Source: Bdellovibrionales bacterium
GTDB lineage: Bacteria; Bdellovibrionota; Bdellovibrionia; Bdellovibrionales; JAGQZY01
DNA length: 64,000 nucleotides
NCBI GenBank assembly: GCA_043757265.1
Contig: JAYUQP010000061.1
Span: 9,588 to 73,587 of the forward strand
Reading direction: 5' to 3'
The notes under the pieces were generated by a model. That model did not search any database and had not been told where the DNA came from. It saw only the letters and a program-made list of their open reading frames with translations. How positions within the stretch are numbered: the stretch's first letter is position 1; each line of letters begins with the position of its first letter. Position numbers and translations under genes: made by a program. This document shows positions 25,484 through 34,135 of this stretch, piece by piece.

Positions 25484-26371
25484 CTAGAGCTGGATGAAGT
25501 GGAAGTTTTTATTTTCGTTGAGGTTGGCTTTCATACCTTTGAGTAAAAAGCCGCAAGCTACGAAACTGAATTCACCTGGCTTGATAAATGAATAGAATAG
25601 TGATGCATTTTCCACCATGTATTTAAGTCCAACACCGGCGCCGCCGGCGGCTTCGCCTTTGGTTCTTGCTTGGTCATTTAAGAATACTGCATTTAAGTAG
25701 CTAACGAGCGTTTGAATTCGCAGCGACCCGTAGGGATCTGTGCAACCAATGATAACCCGAGAGCTAGAGTAGCACGAAAAAATCTTGGCAGTCTTGCCAG
25801 CCGGGAACGAAATATTTTGGTCGCGTCGTAAATTCTGGAAAAGATGTTTGCCGGTTTCATCTACAGGTGCGCTAAATACAGAGTTCATATACATTTCGTC
25901 GGCGACCTGAATGCACAATTCTTTGAGGCTTATCAGCTTGTTATCTTGCATAAGGAAAAAATTGAGCTTTTCTAAAATAGCCTGCTTTTCGTAATTCGAT
26001 GTGTACGGAATAGAAACATGGTTTTCTTCATTTGGTCCCGTGTTCGGACTGAAGTTTGCCAAGAACATAGGCGACGGCCCTGCAAAGGAAGTGGGTTTTG
26101 CAATCATCAATGCTGAGAACAATAGCTCTTGCGAAAAATCATCTCGATTCTTATTTACAAATTGCATATAGCCGCGCTCTGCTAAGCCTAAAACTTCTTT
26201 TATAGTCGCTTTTTCGATAACGATAATAACTTTTTTTGGATCGTGAAGATTTTGAATTTGAGTGCGCTCTGTCGGGTAGTGCAAAACGCTAATGTCTTTT
26301 AAGATTGGCGCAACCTTAGCCAAGGATTCTTTTGTCAAAAAATCAGGATAACGTGATAGTAATGGCGTCAT
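25484..26371 (-). CDS. Protein with C-terminal GHKL/HATPase-like (RsbW/SpoIIAB-type anti-sigma kinase-like) domain and unknown N-domain
   Basis: Candidate N-box ADEMYMNSVFSAP, G1-like CTDPYGSL, G2-like GGAGVGLKYMVENAS in the correct order. The start overlaps the stop of the STAS gene (ATGA at 26368-71). Confidence 0.45.
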   Translation of the reverse strand: MTPLLSRYPDFLTKESLAKVAPILKDISVLHYPTERTQIQNLHDPKKVIIVIEKATIKEVLGLAERGYMQFVNKNRDDFSQELLFSALMIAKPTSFAGPSPMFLANFSPNTGPNEENHVSIPYTSNYEKQAILEKLNFFLMQDNKLISLKELCIQVADEMYMNSVFSAPVDETGKHLFQNLRRDQNISFPAGKTAKIFSCYSSSRVIIGCTDPYGSLRIQTLVSYLNAVFLNDQARTKGEAAGGAGVGLKYMVENASLFYSFIKPGEFSFVACGFLLKGMKANLNENKNFHFIQL

Positions 26372-26841
26372 TTTTTCATAAAGTCGAAAAAGTTTTCAGT
26401 AATGATATCAATCTCCATTGCATTGCCAGTCGAATCCTTAATTTGCGGTATCTGAAACAATCCATCGAATGAATAGTCTTTGCCAAGATGAAGAGTTACG
26501 ATTTTACGTTCGTCAATAGCGTCTGAATAAAAGGGAATTTTGACTGAACTGACCGAACACCTTTCAGAGAGTGAGCCAGCAATCTGATTAAACGTTTTCA
26601 CGAAAATCACGGGACAGTTTTCGATGGTGATCTTTTCGTAGAGACTATTGCATTCGGCAATCCATTGGCACCACTTTCGAGTGCCGATGGAATTGAGGCC
26701 GACCACGGCATCAAGATCGACAGTGAGGTGCGGCTCTTTTTTCATCGCAGGAAGACTAGCAATCTCGTTGAGATAGCCTGAAAGAACAATTTTAGAACCG
26801 TTAGGGGATATACCAATCGATGTCGAAAAAGGGGTAGTCAT
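26368..26841 (-). CDS. STAS-domain (anti-sigma-factor-antagonist-like) protein with C-terminal extension
   Basis: IVLSGYLNE...LTVDLDAVVGLNSIGTRKW...IENCPVIFVKTFNQIAG follows the SpoIIAA/STAS pattern, with Ser in the NSIG position. Confidence 0.5.
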   Translation of the reverse strand: MTTPFSTSIGISPNGSKIVLSGYLNEIASLPAMKKEPHLTVDLDAVVGLNSIGTRKWCQWIAECNSLYEKITIENCPVIFVKTFNQIAGSLSERCSVSSVKIPFYSDAIDERKIVTLHLGKDYSFDGLFQIPQIKDSTGNAMEIDIITENFFDFMKK

Positions 26842-27084
26842 ACTAGAATTTTAACCAAGAAAAAAACCTACGTCTCGCTTTTTCTTATGGGGTTTATAAA
26901 AAACTGTGCCTCGACTTTGGATGGGGTGCAAACTAATGTCTCATGCAGGGAGGAAAATCTCCCAGAAAGAGGGCAAATGAAGATTGATCTTTTAATCGCC
27001 TCCGCCGCCGAATCCTGGCGAGCGTAACCAAAATCCAAGCTAGCCTCGAGTTTTAAAAATTTTGTACTGAGAAAAGGGGGAAAA

Positions 27085-27645
27085 ATGATCTCAGTTCAGG
27101 ATAAGGATTTGGTTTACGAAATTCAAAATGGCAACCGTGCAGCTTACACCGTTTTGGTTAAGAAATATGAAAAGCTTCTATTACGTCTACTTTTAAGGTT
27201 TGTGCGGGATGAAGAACTTGCCAGGGATATCATGCAGGAAGCTTTTTTGAAAACCTACATGAGCTTACCGCAGTTTCAGTTTAAGTGTTCCTTCAAAAAT
27301 TGGTTGTATAAAATCGCGTTAAACACCGCCCGAAATAAGTTGCGTGCTCTTCGAGAAACAGAAAACATCGAAGACATGGTCATTTTGGAGGCCTGTTTGA
27401 TCGAAACAAATATGGTAAAAGACGAATTGCTCGTCCAACTGAGGGAGTTTGTTGAATCCTTACCCGAAAAGCAGAAGCGCACTTTAGAGCTTCGGGTTTT
27501 CCAGGACCTAAGTTTTAAAGAGGTTTCCTCAATCATGAATTGTCCCTATGACACAGCTAAAGCTAACTATCGTCACGCAATGCTGAAGCTGAAACAGCAG
27601 TTCAAATCAAGTTCCAGTCACGAAATGCCGAAAAAGGTGGTATGA
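27085..27645 (+). CDS. ECF-type (group 4) sigma-70 family RNA polymerase sigma factor
   Basis: 186 aa. Region 2 is ARDIMQEAFLKTY...FKNWLYKIALNTARN. Region 4 is RTLELRVFQDLSFKEVSSIMNCPYDTAKANYRHAMLKLK. Confidence 0.85.
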   Translation: MISVQDKDLVYEIQNGNRAAYTVLVKKYEKLLLRLLLRFVRDEELARDIMQEAFLKTYMSLPQFQFKCSFKNWLYKIALNTARNKLRALRETENIEDMVILEACLIETNMVKDELLVQLREFVESLPEKQKRTLELRVFQDLSFKEVSSIMNCPYDTAKANYRHAMLKLKQQFKSSSSHEMPKKVV

Positions 27646-28277
27646 AAAAACACCTTTTTTTATTCCAATTGTTTTTTGCGGCGAACGGTTTTGCTCAGAA
27701 TACATCGTCCGAAGATGAGTTTCGGTGTCTTCGAGAGTTACGAAGCCAAATGGACTCAAGGTTTTTCTACGAGCCTGCTGGGCGAAATACAATTCTGTAT
27801 TTTATGAGAGAAAACGGACAAGCTAATGTGGGGATGTTTGATCGTGCACATAATCCTACGATGTTAGTCATTGAAAACGACGCTCTTCTCGTTTGCAACA
27901 TGGATTTCGACCACAGGGGAGCGATTAACTTTAAAATCGAAGAAGAGGCTGTCGAAACTTTGAAACTCACATATACAAAAGCATCTCCGCACTTTCGTGA
28001 TTCGGGTTGGTTCCCTCCACGTCGACCTTGCGAAAACGCTCTGACGGGCTCAAGTCAAACCCAAGCGACAGACGCTTTAAGAAACATTATCAAACAGGGT
28101 TTGAGAGGCTATTTCACTAGTAATGGCGCTCAAAGTTTACTGCCCGCCAATTGCAATGGCGCAGCTGGACTTCGAGAAGAAGACATCCAGCTTGTGCGTG
28201 ATGAAGTTGCGGCAATAATTTCTGCACCGGCAAGCACCGCGCCCGCAGGACCAACTAGCGGCGAAGTTGCTCCGTAA
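27642..28277 (+). CDS. Secreted Cys-containing protein co-transcribed with the ECF sigma factor (function unknown)
   Basis: ATGA overlap with the sigma gene. Cleavable-looking signal MKKHLFLFQLFFAANGFAQ. No internal TM segment or zinc-anti-sigma motif seen. Confidence 0.5.
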   Translation: MKKHLFLFQLFFAANGFAQNTSSEDEFRCLRELRSQMDSRFFYEPAGRNTILYFMRENGQANVGMFDRAHNPTMLVIENDALLVCNMDFDHRGAINFKIEEEAVETLKLTYTKASPHFRDSGWFPPRRPCENALTGSSQTQATDALRNIIKQGLRGYFTSNGAQSLLPANCNGAAGLREEDIQLVRDEVAAIISAPASTAPAGPTSGEVAP

Positions 28278-29340
28278 ACTTTTTCAAACTAGCTTCCGGA
28301 TCGGCCACATCTTCGAGCGATTTGCAGTAGGCGAGAATCTTTGTAAAATCAGCCTTAAAATGCTCATTGAGTTTTTGAAAATCCGAAAGATCATTCATAT
28401 ATAATTTAAATCCCAGCAGGCGAGCATTATTGATCTCAGCTGTGCCAAAATTGACGTAGCGTTTTGTTTTAAGTTTAAGCTTCACAGCGCTCGTAAAGTT
28501 TTTTTGGATTTCCACAAATTGCTGTTCGCGGGTTTTTAACATGTCCACATCATTTTTATGGGCTTTGTACCACTCCTCAAGGTTTTTAATTTCGTGTGAG
28601 ATAAACTCGGTAAACACTCTCTGATCGTGTTCGTCGTCCTCGATGTCCTGCGCGACGGTGCTGAAAATTTCTGGTCCCTTTTGTTGGTAAAACAAGCGAG
28701 TTCCCAGATCCCCCAAGTAAGTTGCGAGGCGCTCGTTGAAATTTGCGCTACCAGAAATATAAAGTGTCGCATGCACAGTTTCGTGGATGATGGTGTTTAC
28801 AAGGTCCACGTCCTGATAGTTTGTCATCGAAGACAGCACAGGATCGCGAAACCAGCCAAGAGTGCTAAAGGCCGAAACACCTCGCACATACGTATCGTAA
28901 TTTTGTGTTTGCAGGTCCTTTGCCAGAACATTTGCAGGCTCCGGCTTGAAATATCCCTTGTACGGCACACTGCCAACAATTGGAAACCACCAAGTATAAT
29001 AGGTAAGTTCGTTTTTTGGAGCTGCGCTTACCACGTAAGTAACATAAGGGCCGTCGAGTTGCACGTAAGTGCTATAGTTCTTGGTTTTTTTAAGTTTTAA
29101 AAAATCTTCCGCGAAAGTTTTGGCTTCGCGTGCAAGGATGAGTTTTTTTTTCACATCGGTGCGGATATCATCATTTTGTAAAACGTCATCGATGGGAACG
29201 GCTCGCTTTAGAATTCGTCCTTGGTGGTAAGCATTGTTAATTAGATATCCCACCTGGCACGAAGAGACTGTAAGGCTCAAAAGTAGCCAAAGGAAAATAG
29301 CTTTTATAAAAACCACGAAATGCCCATCCTGGCGGCCCAA
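28255..29340 (-). CDS. Predicted zinc aminopeptidase lipoprotein (DUF2265/Aminopep-like)
   Basis: Lipobox LTVSSC. HExxH in NTIIHETVHATLY. Family layout recalled from memory. Start uncertain (overlaps the upstream gene by 37 nt). Confidence 0.6.
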   Translation of the reverse strand: MGRQDGHFVVFIKAIFLWLLLSLTVSSCQVGYLINNAYHQGRILKRAVPIDDVLQNDDIRTDVKKKLILAREAKTFAEDFLKLKKTKNYSTYVQLDGPYVTYVVSAAPKNELTYYTWWFPIVGSVPYKGYFKPEPANVLAKDLQTQNYDTYVRGVSAFSTLGWFRDPVLSSMTNYQDVDLVNTIIHETVHATLYISGSANFNERLATYLGDLGTRLFYQQKGPEIFSTVAQDIEDDEHDQRVFTEFISHEIKNLEEWYKAHKNDVDMLKTREQQFVEIQKNFTSAVKLKLKTKRYVNFGTAEINNARLLGFKLYMNDLSDFQKLNEHFKADFTKILAYCKSLEDVADPEASLKKFTEQLRR

Positions 29341-29894
29341 TCAAAATCTTTGATATCTTTATTTATCGCGCCACTTGTCCAAAATTCGAGGCCCGCTTTA
29401 AAAGACAAACGCTGCGTGAGACGAAACTGCATCCCAAAACCGGCACTCGGTACAACTGTAGAGTTAATTTCCACCGTTTGCGGTAGTTCTGGGACACCAT
29501 TATTAATATATTCGTAATCAATGGATTTTCTATCAAAATAGGCAACACCGGCTTTAATATAGGGAATAAAAGTATCGCTCCGTTTTCCAAAAGTAAAAAC
29601 AAGATCGGTGCCGATGAGGCTGTAGCGGTGAGTGGTGGTCGAAGTGATAGTGCTTGAAGGAATAAAGCGCGTGTTTTTTCCCTGGCTGTAGCTAAACTCA
29701 ATTGCTGTCATTTCGCGAAAGTAATAGGCAAACGAAGCGGTGTATGCGGAGCTTTCATCGAAAGCGCGCTGGGTTGTGCCTAACTCAGTAAGATAGACTT
29801 TTCGGTAGTTACCCGAAAGCCCAACTTCATAATATTCATTGTACTGGGCCAAACCTATGGAAGGTAGCCACAATAAAAATATCCACCAGCGCAT
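29304..29894 (-). CDS. Outer-membrane beta-barrel protein (OmpA-N/OmpW-like small barrel)
   Basis: Signal MRWWIFLLWLPSIGLAQ. Alternating aromatic/Gly strands. C-terminal ARMGISWFL ends in an aromatic-x-hydrophobic motif. Confidence 0.65.
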   Translation of the reverse strand: MRWWIFLLWLPSIGLAQYNEYYEVGLSGNYRKVYLTELGTTQRAFDESSAYTASFAYYFREMTAIEFSYSQGKNTRFIPSSTITSTTTHRYSLIGTDLVFTFGKRSDTFIPYIKAGVAYFDRKSIDYEYINNGVPELPQTVEINSTVVPSAGFGMQFRLTQRLSFKAGLEFWTSGAINKDIKDFDWAARMGISWFL

Positions 29895-30098
29895 TTAGTT
29901 TCCTATCGAGTAAATAATTTCAGTGTTAGGTCGCACTTTGCAGGGTGCCATTTATACTCCTCTGCGAGTTAGCGACCGCTAGCCCGTCGTTGTGCCTTTT
30001 CCAAAATTGAAAACACTTCTCTAAAATGGAATTGATTATAACTAACGGGACTTCTAGATTTTACCAAGATTCAGAGAGAGACGTATAGTCCAGCGAGT

Positions 30099-30878
30099 CT
30101 ATTGTCTGGATGGGTTGTAATGGACAAGAAAACGATAGCGAATACGGATGTAACCGTCCTCATCGATCATCTCAAGCGGAGGGTTTGGGAAGTTTTTGGC
30201 TGTTTTGAAGGCGCGTATGGGGGCGCCGTCCATATCTGAATCGCCCGCCAACTGAAGTGGCTCGACAGCAATAACAGCACCGTTTTTATCCAATAGAACT
30301 TCGATAATGGTCACCCACGACTTACTAACGGGACCAAGCTCGCCTCGACGCTTTAGTCGTTCGAAGCCACTAATTACACTTTGTGCCCAGGGCCAAACAA
30401 CTTTTTCGGCCATGCGACGGTAAAAAGAATAATAAACATTCTGATCCGTGTTCAGCGCAACCATATCGCCAATTTCAAGTTCAGGGGGAAGATAGCTTTG
30501 CAGCCGCTGACGAATTCCCGAACTCAAAGTGGGTTGAGTTTGAGAAATAAACAAATCATCATCTGAAGGGTTGATAGAACGAAGCTGCTCTCCGAGCGAG
30601 TTGGATTTCTCGTCGTCTTTTTTGGCCGTGGGATTTGCTTGCTGTTGCGGTGACTGCATTGAGGTGATGGCCGATGGGTTGATATCGCGAGTTCGAGTTT
30701 GCTTTTCAACTCGCTGAGAAGACTCTGCCATAACTGGCGAGGTGGGATCGTCGCGAAACTCCACAAATAGCCTTGGAGGTGCTTTTTCCTCCGGAATATT
30801 CAAAGATATGACCTTAAGGCTTAAAAGCAGTAGTGCATGAACCATTAGACTCAGGATAACTCCCTGATTTAATGTCAC
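30099..30878 (-). CDS. TonB-family C-terminal-domain protein (membrane anchored)
   Basis: N-terminal TM VILSLMVHALLLLSL, polar/Pro linker, and C-terminal SWVTIIEVLLDKNGAVIAVEPLQLAGDSDMDGAPIRAFKTAKNFPNPP resembling the TonB_C fold pattern. Confidence 0.55.
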   Translation of the reverse strand: MTLNQGVILSLMVHALLLLSLKVISLNIPEEKAPPRLFVEFRDDPTSPVMAESSQRVEKQTRTRDINPSAITSMQSPQQQANPTAKKDDEKSNSLGEQLRSINPSDDDLFISQTQPTLSSGIRQRLQSYLPPELEIGDMVALNTDQNVYYSFYRRMAEKVVWPWAQSVISGFERLKRRGELGPVSKSWVTIIEVLLDKNGAVIAVEPLQLAGDSDMDGAPIRAFKTAKNFPNPPLEMIDEDGYIRIRYRFLVHYNPSRQ

Positions 30879-30982
30879 TTTCTAATACCCATCCAAATTT
30901 TCACGCGGTTTCCTCCAGCTTCCTCAGATGCTTAAAGTTGAGACACTTTTGTGCCGATATATATATAACACATGGAGGGGGA

Positions 30983-31507
30983 ATGAGCTCAAGCGGGAAT
31001 GTTATCGATTTACAGAAGCATCGCACTAAACGGCAGAAAAAGCCGAAAAGCAAAATATCGCAGGATCTGGCATCCATCGTAGACATTACAGAGATGCGAC
31101 AGGAAATAATAGCCGAAGAACGTCGTGGCGTAAAGCGAACCTTACTGACCGAGTTTGTAGGTTTGCATTTGATTGTTCCTAACAAGGGCCTCACAAAGTG
31201 CGCACTTTATGACATCTCGGAAAACGGTTTAGCCTTCGAAATGCCATTCGAGTATGGCCAATTCAAAGTTGGCGAAATGGTTGCGTTGAGAGTGTATCTT
31301 AACCATCAGACTTACTTTCCATTTGTGGTAAAAATCAATAATGCTCGTTATATGGAGGACGAAGGTGTGCATCGCTTTGGTGGCGCATTTCAAAAAGAAA
31401 CCATCAACGAAATTGCGCTGTTTCACTTTGCTAAATTTATCGAAAATGTAAGTGCCTATTTAAAGACCGATCACGGTGATGTATTAGTCTCCAATCTTGG
31501 AGACTAA
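30983..31507 (+). CDS. PilZ-domain (c-di-GMP binding) protein
   Basis: RRGVKR (RxxxR) followed by DISENGLAF (DxSxxG). ATG 30983 is preceded by ggaggggg SD, and the longer track start is unlikely. Confidence 0.7.
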   Translation: MSSSGNVIDLQKHRTKRQKKPKSKISQDLASIVDITEMRQEIIAEERRGVKRTLLTEFVGLHLIVPNKGLTKCALYDISENGLAFEMPFEYGQFKVGEMVALRVYLNHQTYFPFVVKINNARYMEDEGVHRFGGAFQKETINEIALFHFAKFIENVSAYLKTDHGDVLVSNLGD

Positions 31508-31649
31508 TCACTCGTCTCGCGAGCACTCGCACCATGACTCAAGCGCAATGTCTATTGCGCTATACATTATAAACATTCATTTACAAGCGTGTTAGGTTGC
31601 AGTCCAATAAAGTCTGAGATGAAAACGTCTCAACTTTCTGGAGGCAAAC

Positions 31650-32966
31650 TTGGCTGAAAATCGTAAAATTGTGGTTGATACGAATGTGATTCTTTTTGAT
31701 GCTCTTGCCATTTGCAAATTTCAAAATGCAGATGTGCATATTCCAATTTCGGTGATCGAAGAAGTGGACCGTTTTAAACGTGATCTTGGTGAAAACGGAC
31801 GCAACGCTCGTCAGTTCAGCCGCTTCATCGACGTGCTTCGTTCGAAAGGCGCTCTCGTAAAAGGCGTCCTTCTGGAAGATGGAAAGACGAAAATTTTTGT
31901 CGAGCCCGACAAAACGACCACAGGCTTGCCTAGCGAGCTTGAAGCTTCAAAAGCCGACAACCGTATTCTCATTACAGCTTTTGCCATGCAAAAAGAAAAT
32001 CCAGCAATTCCAGTGGAGCTTGTTACTAAAGATATCAATCTTCGAATAAAAGCTGACGTCTTTGGAATCAATGCGAAAGATTACGAGCCTGAGCGCGTAT
32101 CCAACGACGAAATGTACACGGGACATGTCGAGATGGATGTAGATGCTGATCAGATCAATCAATTTTACGAACACAAAATAATGCCAATTGCCGATTCATT
32201 GCGTATTCTTCCCAACCAGTACATCGTTGCGAAGGACGCGTCTAATCCCAATCACAGTGCCATCGGTCGTTATGAATCACGCAAAAAAGGAATGGTTCCG
32301 TTACTCACCGTAAACGAAGGCATCTGGGGAATCCACCCGCGAAATGTGGAGCAATCCTTTGCGATAGATGCTCTTTTAAATGATGAGATTTTATTTGTAT
32401 CTCTCGTTGGCAAAGCGGGAACGGGTAAAACTTTGCTGGCGCTTGCCGTGGGACTTTACAAATCTCTTGATGAAGGTCGCTTTCAGAGATTGCTTGTGAG
32501 TCGCCCTATATTTCCAATGGGAAAAGATATTGGCTTTTTGCCAGGCGATATTGAGCAGAAGCTCAACCCGTGGATGCAACCCATTTTTGATAACGTAGAA
32601 TTTTTGATGGGTGCGGATAAAAAAGCAGCTGGTCGCGCGCAGGAGCTCATCAATCAAGGGATGCTCAACATCGAGCCGCTTACGTACATTCGTGGTCGCA
32701 GTATTCCGAATCAATATTTTATTGTGGATGAGTCGCAAAACCTGACTCCACACGAAATCAAAACGATTGTGACACGAGCAGGACAGGGAACAAAAGTGGT
32801 TCTCACCGGCGACTGTTATCAGATTGATAATCCGTATGTGGACAGCGCTACGAGTGGCTTAACGTATTCGGTGGAGCGCTTCAAAGGATACGATATTTCT
32901 GCGCATTGCTCGCTGACCAAAGGGGAACGTTCACCGCTTGCTGAGCTTGCAGCCAACGTTCTATAA
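31650..32966 (+). CDS. PhoH2-type protein: N-terminal PIN domain fused to PhoH-like ATPase
   Basis: PIN start IVVDTNVILFD. Walker A GKAGTGKT. Walker B FIVDESQN. PhoH C-terminal block TGDCYQID. Confidence 0.85.
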   Translation: MAENRKIVVDTNVILFDALAICKFQNADVHIPISVIEEVDRFKRDLGENGRNARQFSRFIDVLRSKGALVKGVLLEDGKTKIFVEPDKTTTGLPSELEASKADNRILITAFAMQKENPAIPVELVTKDINLRIKADVFGINAKDYEPERVSNDEMYTGHVEMDVDADQINQFYEHKIMPIADSLRILPNQYIVAKDASNPNHSAIGRYESRKKGMVPLLTVNEGIWGIHPRNVEQSFAIDALLNDEILFVSLVGKAGTGKTLLALAVGLYKSLDEGRFQRLLVSRPIFPMGKDIGFLPGDIEQKLNPWMQPIFDNVEFLMGADKKAAGRAQELINQGMLNIEPLTYIRGRSIPNQYFIVDESQNLTPHEIKTIVTRAGQGTKVVLTGDCYQIDNPYVDSATSGLTYSVERFKGYDISAHCSLTKGERSPLAELAANVL

Positions 32967-33020
32967 GAAGAGTTAGGCCACTTTGGCCTGCGTGAAACCT
33001 GTTTTTTTAAAATACGTCTG

Positions 33021-33050
33021 ACACGTTTTTGCAAATCTGCAAAAACGTGT
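33021..33050. terminator. 13-bp-stem hairpin between convergent genes (bidirectional terminator candidate)
   Basis: acacgtttttgca-aatc-tgcaaaaacgtgt. A/T runs lie inside the stems. Sits between the stops at 32966 (+) and 33058 (-). Confidence 0.6.
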
Positions 33051-33057
33051 TATCCGA

Positions 33058-34005
33058 TCAAGTTTTTTTTATTACAACGCCAACGGCGGCGATGCGCTCA
33101 ATTTTTTGATAGTTCTCAGTGCCGAGAACCTCACCAAAAATATCAGGATCGATCTCCTCGTAATGCACATTCCAATCTTGCTTGGGCAGGCTCCGAACAA
33201 TCCACTCTTTGAAAAGATCTTGTCCATTTTGTATCGGCGAGCCGGTGTACAAGTAGAGTGCGCCACCTTTTTTTAGATATGCACTTGCTTCGGTAACGAT
33301 TCGCCGGGAAAGCGAGGTGCCAAGCTGATCTCCACCGTCTCGGTAGGCTCGTTTTTGCGAGTCGATCATAAACGGAGGGTTGGAAATCAGAGTTTCATAC
33401 CCAGTAGGAATTTTAGCCAGCACGTCTGATTCAAATAATTCGCAAAATTGAATTTGATTTGTCTGAGAGTTTATTTTCGCAATCTCCAGCGCCCTCGGGT
33501 TGATATCGGTGAGGGCAAGGCGAATGCCGCTAAAACCCAAGGACTTAAGATGGCTAGTTAGAAAAATGCCACCAACCCCAGAGCCGGCACCAATATCCAC
33601 AATAGCTTTGGCATTAGTGACTTCGCTTTTTAAAAAACGAGCAAAACGATAGGAGTCCGGACCAAAAAATACAGAATCCTCAGCGACTGTTGGATAGCCC
33701 GAGTGTAAAAAAATCTGCTCATTGAGGGTAGAAAAACGCCATCTGCATTTGAGAAGTTTTTTATCCTCTGAGCTTTCTGTCCACTCCAAAGCGCGAAGAA
33801 TAGTAACAAGTTGAGGATCGAGATCTTCGACGGCCACCCAGCGATTCCAACCAAACAAAGAACGTAGTGGGTTTTCGGTTGCGGCATCAGGGGCGCTCGA
33901 ATCCAGCACGCGCCGGTGCGAGCGTGGCGTCGTTGTTACAAATTGATATTTATTTTGTTTTAAATATTTAAATAGCCAGTCTGTATTTTTTATTTCTATG
34001 CGCAT
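33058..34005 (-). CDS. Class I SAM-dependent methyltransferase with NPPF motif (PrmC/RsmC-like small-domain MTase)
   Basis: Motif I VDIGAGSGVGG and motif IV LISNPPF. Confidence 0.7.
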   Translation of the reverse strand: MRIEIKNTDWLFKYLKQNKYQFVTTTPRSHRRVLDSSAPDAATENPLRSLFGWNRWVAVEDLDPQLVTILRALEWTESSEDKKLLKCRWRFSTLNEQIFLHSGYPTVAEDSVFFGPDSYRFARFLKSEVTNAKAIVDIGAGSGVGGIFLTSHLKSLGFSGIRLALTDINPRALEIAKINSQTNQIQFCELFESDVLAKIPTGYETLISNPPFMIDSQKRAYRDGGDQLGTSLSRRIVTEASAYLKKGGALYLYTGSPIQNGQDLFKEWIVRSLPKQDWNVHYEEIDPDIFGEVLGTENYQKIERIAAVGVVIKKT

Positions 34006-34135
34006 GCGACCAGAACACTACCATAGTACCTAAAGCCCATCCCATAAATTAAGCACATAGTTGCATTTCGATCGTTCGGCACAGGTCTTGCTTTAACAGC
34101 CCGTGGAAACAAACCGTTAACAAAGAGGTTCTAAA

